Source: an uncultured Nitrososphaerota archaeon (lineage in GTDB: Archaea; Asgardarchaeota; Njordarchaeia; Njordarchaeales; Panguiarchaeaceae). From it: a DNA stretch of 38,662 bases. A program made the translations under genes and the position numbers. The notes under the pieces were generated by a model. It made no database searches. It saw only the letters and a list, made by a program, of their open reading frames with translations, and had not been told where the DNA came from. Each line of letters starts with the position of its first letter. Positions within the stretch are counted from its first letter, which is position 1. The DNA lies in assembly GCA_964628995.1 (NCBI GenBank), contig CAZVPA010000003.1:6590-45251 (forward strand), in the 5' to 3' direction. Positions 1-7,321 of the stretch are shown here, in pieces.

Positions 1-40
1 GCCTTGCAAGGGCAGCGAGCTACCACTACTCTACCCCTCC
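1..40 (-). tRNA. 5' part of a tRNA truncated by the window edge; the anticodon loop reads CUUGCAA (UGC, Ala?)
   Basis: The reverse complement reads GGAGGGG-TA-GAGT-AGTGGTA-GCTC-G-CTGCC-CTTGCAA-GGC. That gives an acceptor 5' strand, a D-arm and an anticodon arm before the window cuts it. The acceptor has A at position 3 instead of the G3 expected for tRNA-Ala, so the isotype is tentative. Confidence 0.5.
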
Positions 41-89
41 ATTTGAGGGGCAACTAAGCAAACTCTCATCATTAAACAGTATCATATAA

Positions 90-183
90 TGGGCCGGGCG
101 GGATTCGAACCCGCGACCCTCCTGCCCCCCTGAGGGGTTTCAGGTTAAAAGCCTGACGCTCTTCCGGGCTGAGCTACCGGCCC
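90..183 (-). tRNA. tRNA-Lys(UUU) with a ~20-nt insertion (putative intron) 3' of the anticodon stem
   Basis: The reverse complement reads GGGCCGG-TA-GCTC-AGCCCGGAA-GAGC-G-TCAGG-CTTTTAA-CCTGA-[~20 nt AAACCCCTCAGGGGGGCAGG]-AGGGTC-GCGGG-TTCGAAT-CCCGC-CCGGCCC. All four stems pair perfectly. The gene is 93 nt plus discriminator A, against about 73 nt for a standard tRNA. Confidence 0.85.
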
Positions 184-354
184 TCACTTTCTTCTATTGT
201 CTATTAGATATTTCCTTTTTGTTTTATAAGATTTGTCTTTATTTCTTATGCGTTACCTGTAGGCCATTCAAAATATTATTAGCTGACCCAGAGATCATTG
301 TTTAGGTTTATGCTACTGAAAAATATTACTATGAATCTATTGGCAGAAGAGTTA

Positions 355-428
355 TGGGCCCGGCGGGACTCGAACCCGCGACAAGGGGCTCCGCAAGCCC
401 CCATGCTTTCCTACTACATTACGGGCCC
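355..428 (-). tRNA. tRNA-Arg(GCG)
   Basis: The reverse complement reads GGGCCCG-TA-ATGT-AGTAGGAAA-GCAT-G-GGGGC-TTGCGGA-GCCCC-TTGTC-GCGGG-TTCGAGT-CCCGC-CGGGCCC. This is a 73-nt cloverleaf plus discriminator A, with no intron and no encoded CCA. Confidence 0.9.
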
Positions 429-481
429 AAGACTACCAATATAAATAATATGGCATTTATTAAATTCTTTCAAAGTTATGA

Positions 482-1165
482 TTGTTCCTAATCATATTGG
501 TGGTGTTTGTGAGTCGGCGCCGCGTAGTCCGTAAGAAGATATATCACTGGATACCTGTGTATCCTCCAGAATTTTTGGGGAGAGATCCTATAGTCAAAGT
601 TTTGACAATAGAGCCGAGAGATCTTATTAATAGGATTGTACGCATCAAGGCTATTGGTTATGTTACGAGGTATGAGGATCAGGTCATGGATCTATTGTTT
701 AGAATTGTTAAGGTTACTCCATCTGGTGCCCATTCAATCTTTATTGGACATCAGTATCCTCGGGAGATAATATCCACTATTGTTAGGAGGAGACGTAGTA
801 AGTGTGAAGTGATCACTAGAGTCCGTACTAAGGATAATCAGCAGGTGAAGGTGTCCGTTATAGCGATGACTTTCAGGCGGGCTCATTATCGCCAAAGAAA
901 GGCTATCAGAAGAACGATGCTTGAAATTCTTGAGGAGAGAGCAAAAGAGCTTGAGTCACAGCAGTTTCTTTGGAATCTTGTTATAAGGAAAGCATTCCAT
1001 AGGGAGATCATTAGTGCTTGCCATAAGATATACCCAATAAGGGATTTCCTTGTCTATAAATCATTCAATGAGAGCAGCCTTATCCCTCCAACGGAAATTA
1101 CAAATTACATTGAGGGAGATCCAGCAAAGATTCTGGAGAAAACGGAAACAGTACGGTTAAGGTGA
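482..1165 (+). CDS. rps3ae: 30S ribosomal protein S3Ae (eS1)
   Basis: The family pattern is present: FIGHQYPREIISTIVRRRRSK, VRTKDNQQVKV, RKAIRRTM and a C-terminal HKIYPIRD. The hydrophobic first ~9 codons look spurious. GTG at 509 (VSRRRVVRKK...) is the more likely start. An AT-rich TATA-like sequence lies at about 440-455. Confidence 0.9.
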   Translation: MFLIILVVFVSRRRVVRKKIYHWIPVYPPEFLGRDPIVKVLTIEPRDLINRIVRIKAIGYVTRYEDQVMDLLFRIVKVTPSGAHSIFIGHQYPREIISTIVRRRRSKCEVITRVRTKDNQQVKVSVIAMTFRRAHYRQRKAIRRTMLEILEERAKELESQQFLWNLVIRKAFHREIISACHKIYPIRDFLVYKSFNESSLIPPTEITNYIEGDPAKILEKTETVRLR

Positions 1166-1312
1166 TAGAATACGTCTATCAAGAAGCTCTGGAGTGAGAT
1201 AAAGAAAATCCTTGAACGAGGACGTGGATATAAGCTGGAAAAAATACTAGAGGAGAAAAAGGACTCAATAGAAGCAGTATTTCAGAAGCCTAAAAGAAGA
1301 GTATATGTTTCC

Positions 1313-1801
1313 GTGACATCTAGGAAAATAAGCGTACAGAAGGTCAGAAGAGTAATAGCAAGGATGGAGGAATATGGATGCCATGAGGGGCTTCTTGCCA
1401 CGATAAGAAATGCCACGCCTCAAGCGAGAAAAGAGGCCGAAGCAAATAGAATAGAGATCATCGATTCCAAGCAACCTCTCATATATATTTTCGACCACTG
1501 GCTTGTACCACAACACAGGTTACTAAGCGAGGATGAGGCAAAACAAGTAATTGAAAAATACGCAGGTGGAGATAGGAGTCTAGCAATGAGAATATTCCCA
1601 AAGATATTGACCTCAGATCCAGCAGTAAGGATATTGAAAGCAAAACCAGGACAAATTATTGAGATACGTAGAACTGTGCCATCCATAGAGGAACTCCGAA
1701 AGCACTTCGGTGACCACGCAGCAAAACGAATACATAGGATACTAAAGAGGCTTATCCCCGCGGGAGAGGAAATATATTACCGTATTGTCGTGGAGGGGTA
1801 G
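1313..1801 (+). CDS. rpoH: DNA-directed RNA polymerase subunit H (Rpo5/Rpb5 family); coding homology appears to extend upstream to about 1169
   Basis: The C-terminal part (HWLVPQHRLLSEDEAKQVIEKY...PKILTSDPAVRILKAKPGQIIEIRR...YYRIVV) matches the RpoH/Rpb5 C-terminal domain. The region before it, and the in-frame sequence upstream of the GTG, resemble the eukaryotic Rpb5 N-terminal domain (see findings). Confidence 0.85.
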   Translation: MTSRKISVQKVRRVIARMEEYGCHEGLLATIRNATPQARKEAEANRIEIIDSKQPLIYIFDHWLVPQHRLLSEDEAKQVIEKYAGGDRSLAMRIFPKILTSDPAVRILKAKPGQIIEIRRTVPSIEELRKHFGDHAAKRIHRILKRLIPAGEEIYYRIVVEG

Positions 1802-2041
1802 GTGGAGACTTTGCGGGCAAGAAACTATATTGTCTGCACTAAATGCATGCGTGTCTTCAATAAGAAGCGACTTATGGAACAACAACAGGGGCGAAGGCTA
1901 GTATGTCCATATTGTGGAAACACAAACTTCTCAGATAATTTCGGGAACATTATAGCCATCTTTGACCCCGAAAAATCCGCAATAGCAAAGAAATTGAATA
2001 AAAACGAACGAGGAATATTCGCACTCACAGTGGAGGTATAA
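1802..2041 (+). CDS. spt4: Transcription elongation factor Spt4 (RpoE''-like zinc ribbon)
   Basis: It has CxxC...CxxC (CTKC...CPYC) followed by FGNIIAIFDPEKSAIAKKL...GIFALTV, the typical Spt4 NGN-binding core. The GTG start abuts the rpoH stop, and GAGGGG lies upstream as a Shine-Dalgarno-like sequence. Confidence 0.8.
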   Translation: METLRARNYIVCTKCMRVFNKKRLMEQQQGRRLVCPYCGNTNFSDNFGNIIAIFDPEKSAIAKKLNKNERGIFALTVEV

Positions 2042-2078
2042 TAACTTATTTTTAAGTCATACTTCTCGGGTGTAGTCT

Positions 2079-4169
2079 ATGGGACTAAGGGATAAACTAG
2101 CGGAGTTGCTATCATATTTTAAAGTCCCAAGGACACTTATCTGTCGCATTGGGGCCTTGCTTATAATATACGTTGTTGGTCTAGTTCTAAGGCTACAGCC
2201 AATATTGATGTATGGAGCCAATCATAGGGCCTATGACCCATTCATTCAATATAGGGCCACCCAAATATTAATTGAAGAAGGACTACTGGGCATGCTCTCA
2301 TACTACGACTTCAAATATTGGTACCCCTTCGGTTCGTCCACATCAAAACTATATATAATAGTACCATTGGTTGGATACATAATTTATGTGATACTGAACG
2401 CGCTAGGATTTCATGTTGATCTTCTTATGGCGATTACTATTGCCCCAGCCATTCTTGGATCCTTCTGTATAATTGCTGTATATTTCATTGGAAGAGAAAT
2501 AAAAAATGATAATGTTGGACTCATTGCTGCACTTGTTACTGCTGTTGCTCCTGGCTTCTTACAGAGAAGCATTGCTGGGTTCTATGATAATGAGATGAGT
2601 ATTCTATTTATCCTGCTACTACTCCTGTTTTATATAAAGGCCATCAAGACTGGAAGCATTGCATACTCTATTATTAGTGGCTTTTTTGGTGGTATTGTAT
2701 GCTGGAGCTGGGGTATTTGGCGGTACATACTTGCGATATTAGCCATCTATACATTCCTCAGAATGATCGGAGGGAAAATCGACTCAAACGACTCTATAGC
2801 ATATGGAGTAACAATAACACTATCCGTGGCAATGGGCATAATGATTCCCAGGAACTACGGGATAATAACATCGACCATTGTTGCTGTATCAATCGCTGTT
2901 CTATTACTCGTATTCCTGAACTATCTTGCTCTACTTTTTTCAAGAATTTTTGGGAAAACACGCATCCAAATGTTCAAGATATTCTTGGGGATAGGGCTTG
3001 TATGTGTTTCGATAGGACTCCCCGCTCTCTTTATGCTCGGCTACCTGAAAACAATAACAGGAAAATTCGCATCAATCCTTAATCCATTCCTTAGAGAGAA
3101 AGTCGTTACGTATACCAGTGTAGCCGAAAATCAACCTGGCGTCTGGACAAACTTCTATATGGGTGCAGGACTCGGAGTTTTGTTTGTGCCTATCGCTATA
3201 TACGCAATGATTGAGCGTCGACATAAGGTGGACTTATTACTCTTCTTGCTTGTCGTGACATCATTCTATTTTGCTGCTTCAATAACACGGTATATTGTAC
3301 TAGGCTCTCCCCTAATATCATTGGCTGTCGGTTTGGGTGTTGATTATTTAATAGAACCATATGCCAGATTTTTAACCAAACGATACATTTTGCATAAATC
3401 TCGAGTAGTCAGAATATTCCTAGGAGAACGCCGGCCCCCTCGGAATGAGGCCTTTGCTGTTTACGCTATCATATTCCTTGTCTTCCTACTTTCCGTAAAC
3501 CAATGCATAAGCATGGCAAAGTATTATAGTGGCTACGACTATACTACAGCAGAGAGAGAAATTTTCTACTATCTTAACACACATGCTAACCCAAATGATG
3601 TTGTTCTTTCCTGGTGGGACTATGGGTATAGATGTACAGTCATAGCGAATATTTCCACATTAGCTGATAATGGTACAAGAAACTCTACCCAGATGGGTGT
3701 AGTAGGAAGTATGCTAATGTTGCCTCCGCCGAGAGCCATATGGCTTATGAGGAAATATAATGTTAAGTGGGTTTTGGTATATTCTGTGGACCTAGCAAAA
3801 GCTATATGGATGATAAAGATAGCCAGCAAGCATGCACCTATGTATGGAGTACATGAAAAGGATTACCTAAATAAGGAAGAGATGCGATACCGCGAGCCAT
3901 TCTTTCACTCGGTATTATGGCACTTGCTTGCCTATAAGGAAGATACACGAGTTCCTACTTGGGTAGAGAGGTATGGAGAGTCCAAACTTAAAGACAAGGG
4001 AACAGAATTCAAAGTTTCTGATTTAGTATACTTCGAACTTGTAATGAAAAAGACCTATGGTAATGAATTTGTAAAACTATACCGTGTGGTTTGGCCTATT
4101 AACCTCAATGAACAACCTTCCTACGTCCCAGGAATGAATGTAACTAGGATTATTAGTGGAGGGGAATAG
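2079..4169 (+). CDS. aglB: Dolichyl-phosphooligosaccharide-protein glycotransferase AglB (STT3 family oligosaccharyltransferase)
   Basis: It has a multi-span N-terminal membrane domain with the AYDPF and FYDNE acidic motifs. The canonical WWDYGY motif is present (VLSWWDYGYRCT), followed by a soluble C-terminal domain. Confidence 0.92.
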   Translation: MGLRDKLAELLSYFKVPRTLICRIGALLIIYVVGLVLRLQPILMYGANHRAYDPFIQYRATQILIEEGLLGMLSYYDFKYWYPFGSSTSKLYIIVPLVGYIIYVILNALGFHVDLLMAITIAPAILGSFCIIAVYFIGREIKNDNVGLIAALVTAVAPGFLQRSIAGFYDNEMSILFILLLLLFYIKAIKTGSIAYSIISGFFGGIVCWSWGIWRYILAILAIYTFLRMIGGKIDSNDSIAYGVTITLSVAMGIMIPRNYGIITSTIVAVSIAVLLLVFLNYLALLFSRIFGKTRIQMFKIFLGIGLVCVSIGLPALFMLGYLKTITGKFASILNPFLREKVVTYTSVAENQPGVWTNFYMGAGLGVLFVPIAIYAMIERRHKVDLLLFLLVVTSFYFAASITRYIVLGSPLISLAVGLGVDYLIEPYARFLTKRYILHKSRVVRIFLGERRPPRNEAFAVYAIIFLVFLLSVNQCISMAKYYSGYDYTTAEREIFYYLNTHANPNDVVLSWWDYGYRCTVIANISTLADNGTRNSTQMGVVGSMLMLPPPRAIWLMRKYNVKWVLVYSVDLAKAIWMIKIASKHAPMYGVHEKDYLNKEEMRYREPFFHSVLWHLLAYKEDTRVPTWVERYGESKLKDKGTEFKVSDLVYFELVMKKTYGNEFVKLYRVVWPINLNEQPSYVPGMNVTRIISGGE

Positions 4170-4174
4170 CCATA

Positions 4175-4828
4175 ATGAGGCTTAAGAGAATTTTTATCCC
4201 TATTTTTCTACTGATGGTGCTCCTAGCAGCTTATAACCCTTTTATGAAGAACACAGATAGTAATACCTGCACGGACTTAAATATAGAGGTATCAACCTCA
4301 CTAGCTGATCCCACTTTGCATGTTGTTAGTACAGAATACCCCTTTCTATATGTTGGAAAAATCTCCAGTAAACATAGTGCTAAACTTGGTGAATGGATCC
4401 GTATATATATTGTTGTGGGAAACGCTGGAAACGCGACAGCATACAATATCAAGATAGTTGATGCCGATTATCCATCCTGGACTTTTGAGACACTTAACTA
4501 TTCCCGGGAGTACCATATACCTCAGATAGCACCAAACGTGTCTATCACCATATCATATCAGTTGAGAATAATAAATACTCACCAGAAAAATGTTTCGCTC
4601 GGCAGGGTCTTAGTTCAATATGAGGATCGAGATGGAAAGAAGTATGAATCTATATCAGAGGAGCTCATTATAAGTATAAAATTTGAGGCAGAGCTTGATC
4701 TGGATAAAACAAGAAAGATATTTCTCACAAGCATAATGCTTATTACTGCATTACCCTCACTAGGACTTATATGGATTGAAAGAAAAACATTGATGGAATA
4801 CCTGCACCAGAAGAGAGAAAGAAAATAG
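4175..4828 (+). CDS. Type-I membrane protein with a beta-sandwich ectodomain (CARDB/DUF11/TRAP-beta-like)
   Basis: An N-terminal signal/anchor ([15 protein letters not shown]) is followed by a ~150-aa domain containing [21 protein letters not shown] and [11 protein letters not shown]. A C-terminal TM helix ([12 protein letters not shown]) and a short basic tail complete it. The gene starts 5 nt after the aglB stop. Confidence 0.6.
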   Translation: [217 protein letters not shown]

Positions 4829-5164
4829 CTAGACCCCTATTACCCTTCTTAACCTTTTCTCAAGAAGCTCCTCTGGAATTGTTTTTCTTTCATCCCTAGC
4901 CCTTATCTTTACGATTCCATAGAACATAGCGCACCTAATGCAATAGTACTTCACAGTTCTCTTTACTGGAATTAGCGTGCCCTGTGACTGAAGTTCTTTT
5001 GCTATACTCTTGCTCACTGGCGAACCCCAGACAACTCTTTTTACAGCCTTATCCTCTGGAATACGAGCACCACACATAACACATGAGACATACTTAACAC
5101 GACCGGGGCTCCTCCCTTTCTTGCGGCCCCGGTTCTTACGTTTATATGGCACGAGAATCACCAA
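4829..5164 (-). CDS. rps26e: 30S ribosomal protein S26e (eS26)
   Basis: An N-terminal KRKNRGRKKGRSPGRVKYVSCVMCGARIPEDKAVKR and a later YYCIRCA give the eS26 zinc-binding CxxC...CxxC pattern and basic N-terminus. Confidence 0.88.
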   Translation of the reverse strand: MVILVPYKRKNRGRKKGRSPGRVKYVSCVMCGARIPEDKAVKRVVWGSPVSKSIAKELQSQGTLIPVKRTVKYYCIRCAMFYGIVKIRARDERKTIPEELLEKRLRRVIGV

Positions 5165-5244
5165 GCATTATCGGTCTCCCATGCTACCTCTCTTCTAAGA
5201 GAGAAAATAATAATTTATTAAGGCATCTATTTTCCATCCATATT

Positions 5245-5302
5245 TATTGATGATGAAGACAGCGGAGCCTGAATGGTGATGTTGTCCGCAACATCTGAAC
5301 AA
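5245..5302 (+). ncRNA. C/D box sRNA (2'-O-methylation guide)
   Basis: The layout is C box ATGATGA (5250-5256), 12-nt guide AGACAGCGGAGC, D' box CTGA (5269-5272), 3-nt spacer, C' box GTGATGT (5276-5282), 12-nt guide TGTCCGCAACAT and D box CTGA (5295-5298). This is the exact archaeal 12-nt spacing. An AT-rich TATA-like TTTATTAA lies about 25-30 nt upstream. The RNA is intergenic between two minus-strand genes. Confidence 0.7.
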
Positions 5303-5334
5303 CCTATCCCATGCACTTACACCTTCTATCATAC

Positions 5335-7314
5335 TTATCGACTTCTGAGAGTATCCAGAAAATACCTAATTGGGCTTGTCCTACATATCTTGTCTGCAAC
5401 AAATACCCTTACTGGTTTTCCTGATGAATAATCCAATCTAAGTATGCCCTCTAAACATACCTCTTCTCCAGACAATATACCCTCCACCGCGTCTATATTA
5501 GTATCCGCGGACTCCTTCCCTATAAGGAGCTTTAATGGAACCATAGCCATTATTGTTGAGTATCCATCATCGATTGATAGGGACACAATATTTTTCTCGA
5601 CGACATCACCTTTATGCCCTTGTTCGCAGATTCTCTTTTCGAGATCCACTATAAAACCACCACACCTACCACAAAAATATACTGGCCCTACCCAATCGAC
5701 TCCCGTTACTACCCCCCATATTCTGGCTCTATCACCGATACCCAACCCCCCTATTGGCCTATACGTCACACCACCTTCCAAGATTCCTTCCATCCCCCAG
5801 AAATTGTAATTACCAGTAAGCTCAAGAACCGATGTTTTCCTTGTAGCCATAATTACTAGCCCCTCTCCTCTTCTATCCCGCACTATCTTTACGTTTGTGA
5901 TCTTTACTAGACTTTTTACAGCATCTTCTATCCTGCTAACGAGACCATCATCCCACATTAGAAATTTTATCTCATTCTCTCCATCACTAAGCCATGCTAG
6001 ACCGACTAATTTCTCTCCAGAGACCTTTTGGATCCTCTCTACACGGAGAATAACATCAAAGATTTTACCCTCAGAAAGCTCAGATATCTTATTGGCTAAG
6101 GGCCTCCATCGAGTCTCATATCCTCTAGAAGCTTTTTCGATGAGCTCTACATGCCCCATATTTGGCTGAATATGTACCTCCCATGTACCTCCCCCATATC
6201 TGACCTGTCCGAATACTCCAATTTTATCTCCAATACCAAAATCAGCTACCAGATCCACAATATCCTCATTCCAGACAACCAGCCTTATATCCTCGCCGGT
6301 TTCTATTTCAGCAGTAACAAATAAATATCTATGCCTCGTTGAGTTTTTCGTGTATGTTCCTATACGCGGTCTTGATTTTATTTTTATAATGAATCTCCAC
6401 CAACCATTCTCCTGGATATCTTTTATGTTAACACTTGGGGGAGTTTTCTTTTCTACTGCCGATATGTTTCTCGCAACCACAAATAGTTTTCCATCAGCCT
6501 CTTTCAGGAATGCTCCATGGATTATGATGATATCGCCTATCTTGGGCCGCACTTTCTCGTATTCACCAATAGCCCTGTCCATAAAGCTACATAATACTCT
6601 ATCGCTACAGTAGTTCTTTACGTCTCCTAGAAGAACTCTTAATATCTTGCATTTGCTGAGGCCCTCTTTACGTGTATCAGTGATAACTTTCATCAAAACA
6701 CCACGAACATGATAGTATGTAAACTTCTCTAGGCTAGTTTTTTTCAGGTCCGAGATATCAATAATCCTGATTGGAGGGGGTACACTATCAACAAATTTCC
6801 TTGCGCTTTCATCATCAAGCCTCCTTATGCGACCCTCATTGGAAACTATAGCTTTTAGGATACCACTTCTAAATCTACCACTTATGTTTACATTCTTTAC
6901 CACAACAAGATCTCCTATTTTTAGGCCCTCTAGATCATCCAAAATTGTGTCTATACGGGGGATATAGATTTGAGCCATTGTTGCCCCATCACTGACCAAC
7001 AGTATGGCCCCATATTTTGCCTTCTCATTTTTGTAGGTTTTTATAACATCAACCCTACCAATAATTGTTATCGCTCTCATACCGACCTCTACCTCCGAGA
7101 GCCTCATAACTCTCGAACTGAGTAGAAGCTCCTCAATTATATCTGTGGCCACATCCATAAGCCCTTTTTTTGTGAGAAGCTGTATTATAGCCACAACTTC
7201 ACTTACTCCGTGCTTTCTTTTTATATTATCAATTAGTGTATCAAGTTCACGAGTAGATACTCTGAGAAGCTCACATAGCTTTTGCTTTATTTCAGGTGAT
7301 ATGGTCATAGCCAA
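5335..7314 (-). CDS. Replication protein A-like ssDNA-binding protein (multiple OB folds plus zinc ribbon)
   Basis: The 659-aa protein has repeated OB-like segments (G..V.V.G.V...). A C-terminal CGRCGG-x13-CEQGH zinc motif is embedded in the last OB fold, as in RPA70/archaeal RPA. This is a pattern-level call only. Confidence 0.65.
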   Translation of the reverse strand: MAMTISPEIKQKLCELLRVSTRELDTLIDNIKRKHGVSEVVAIIQLLTKKGLMDVATDIIEELLLSSRVMRLSEVEVGMRAITIIGRVDVIKTYKNEKAKYGAILLVSDGATMAQIYIPRIDTILDDLEGLKIGDLVVVKNVNISGRFRSGILKAIVSNEGRIRRLDDESARKFVDSVPPPIRIIDISDLKKTSLEKFTYYHVRGVLMKVITDTRKEGLSKCKILRVLLGDVKNYCSDRVLCSFMDRAIGEYEKVRPKIGDIIIIHGAFLKEADGKLFVVARNISAVEKKTPPSVNIKDIQENGWWRFIIKIKSRPRIGTYTKNSTRHRYLFVTAEIETGEDIRLVVWNEDIVDLVADFGIGDKIGVFGQVRYGGGTWEVHIQPNMGHVELIEKASRGYETRWRPLANKISELSEGKIFDVILRVERIQKVSGEKLVGLAWLSDGENEIKFLMWDDGLVSRIEDAVKSLVKITNVKIVRDRRGEGLVIMATRKTSVLELTGNYNFWGMEGILEGGVTYRPIGGLGIGDRARIWGVVTGVDWVGPVYFCGRCGGFIVDLEKRICEQGHKGDVVEKNIVSLSIDDGYSTIMAMVPLKLLIGKESADTNIDAVEGILSGEEVCLEGILRLDYSSGKPVRVFVADKICRTSPIRYFLDTLRSR

Positions 7315-7321
7315 AACCTAG

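Noticed and set aside
5444-6613. Several plus-strand ORFs (5444-5809, 5614-5859, 5897-6169, 6350-6613) lie inside the RPA gene.
   Set aside because: They are shadow ORFs antisense to a well-supported 659-aa gene. Their translations are Pro/Ser/Thr-rich and low in complexity, with no motifs.
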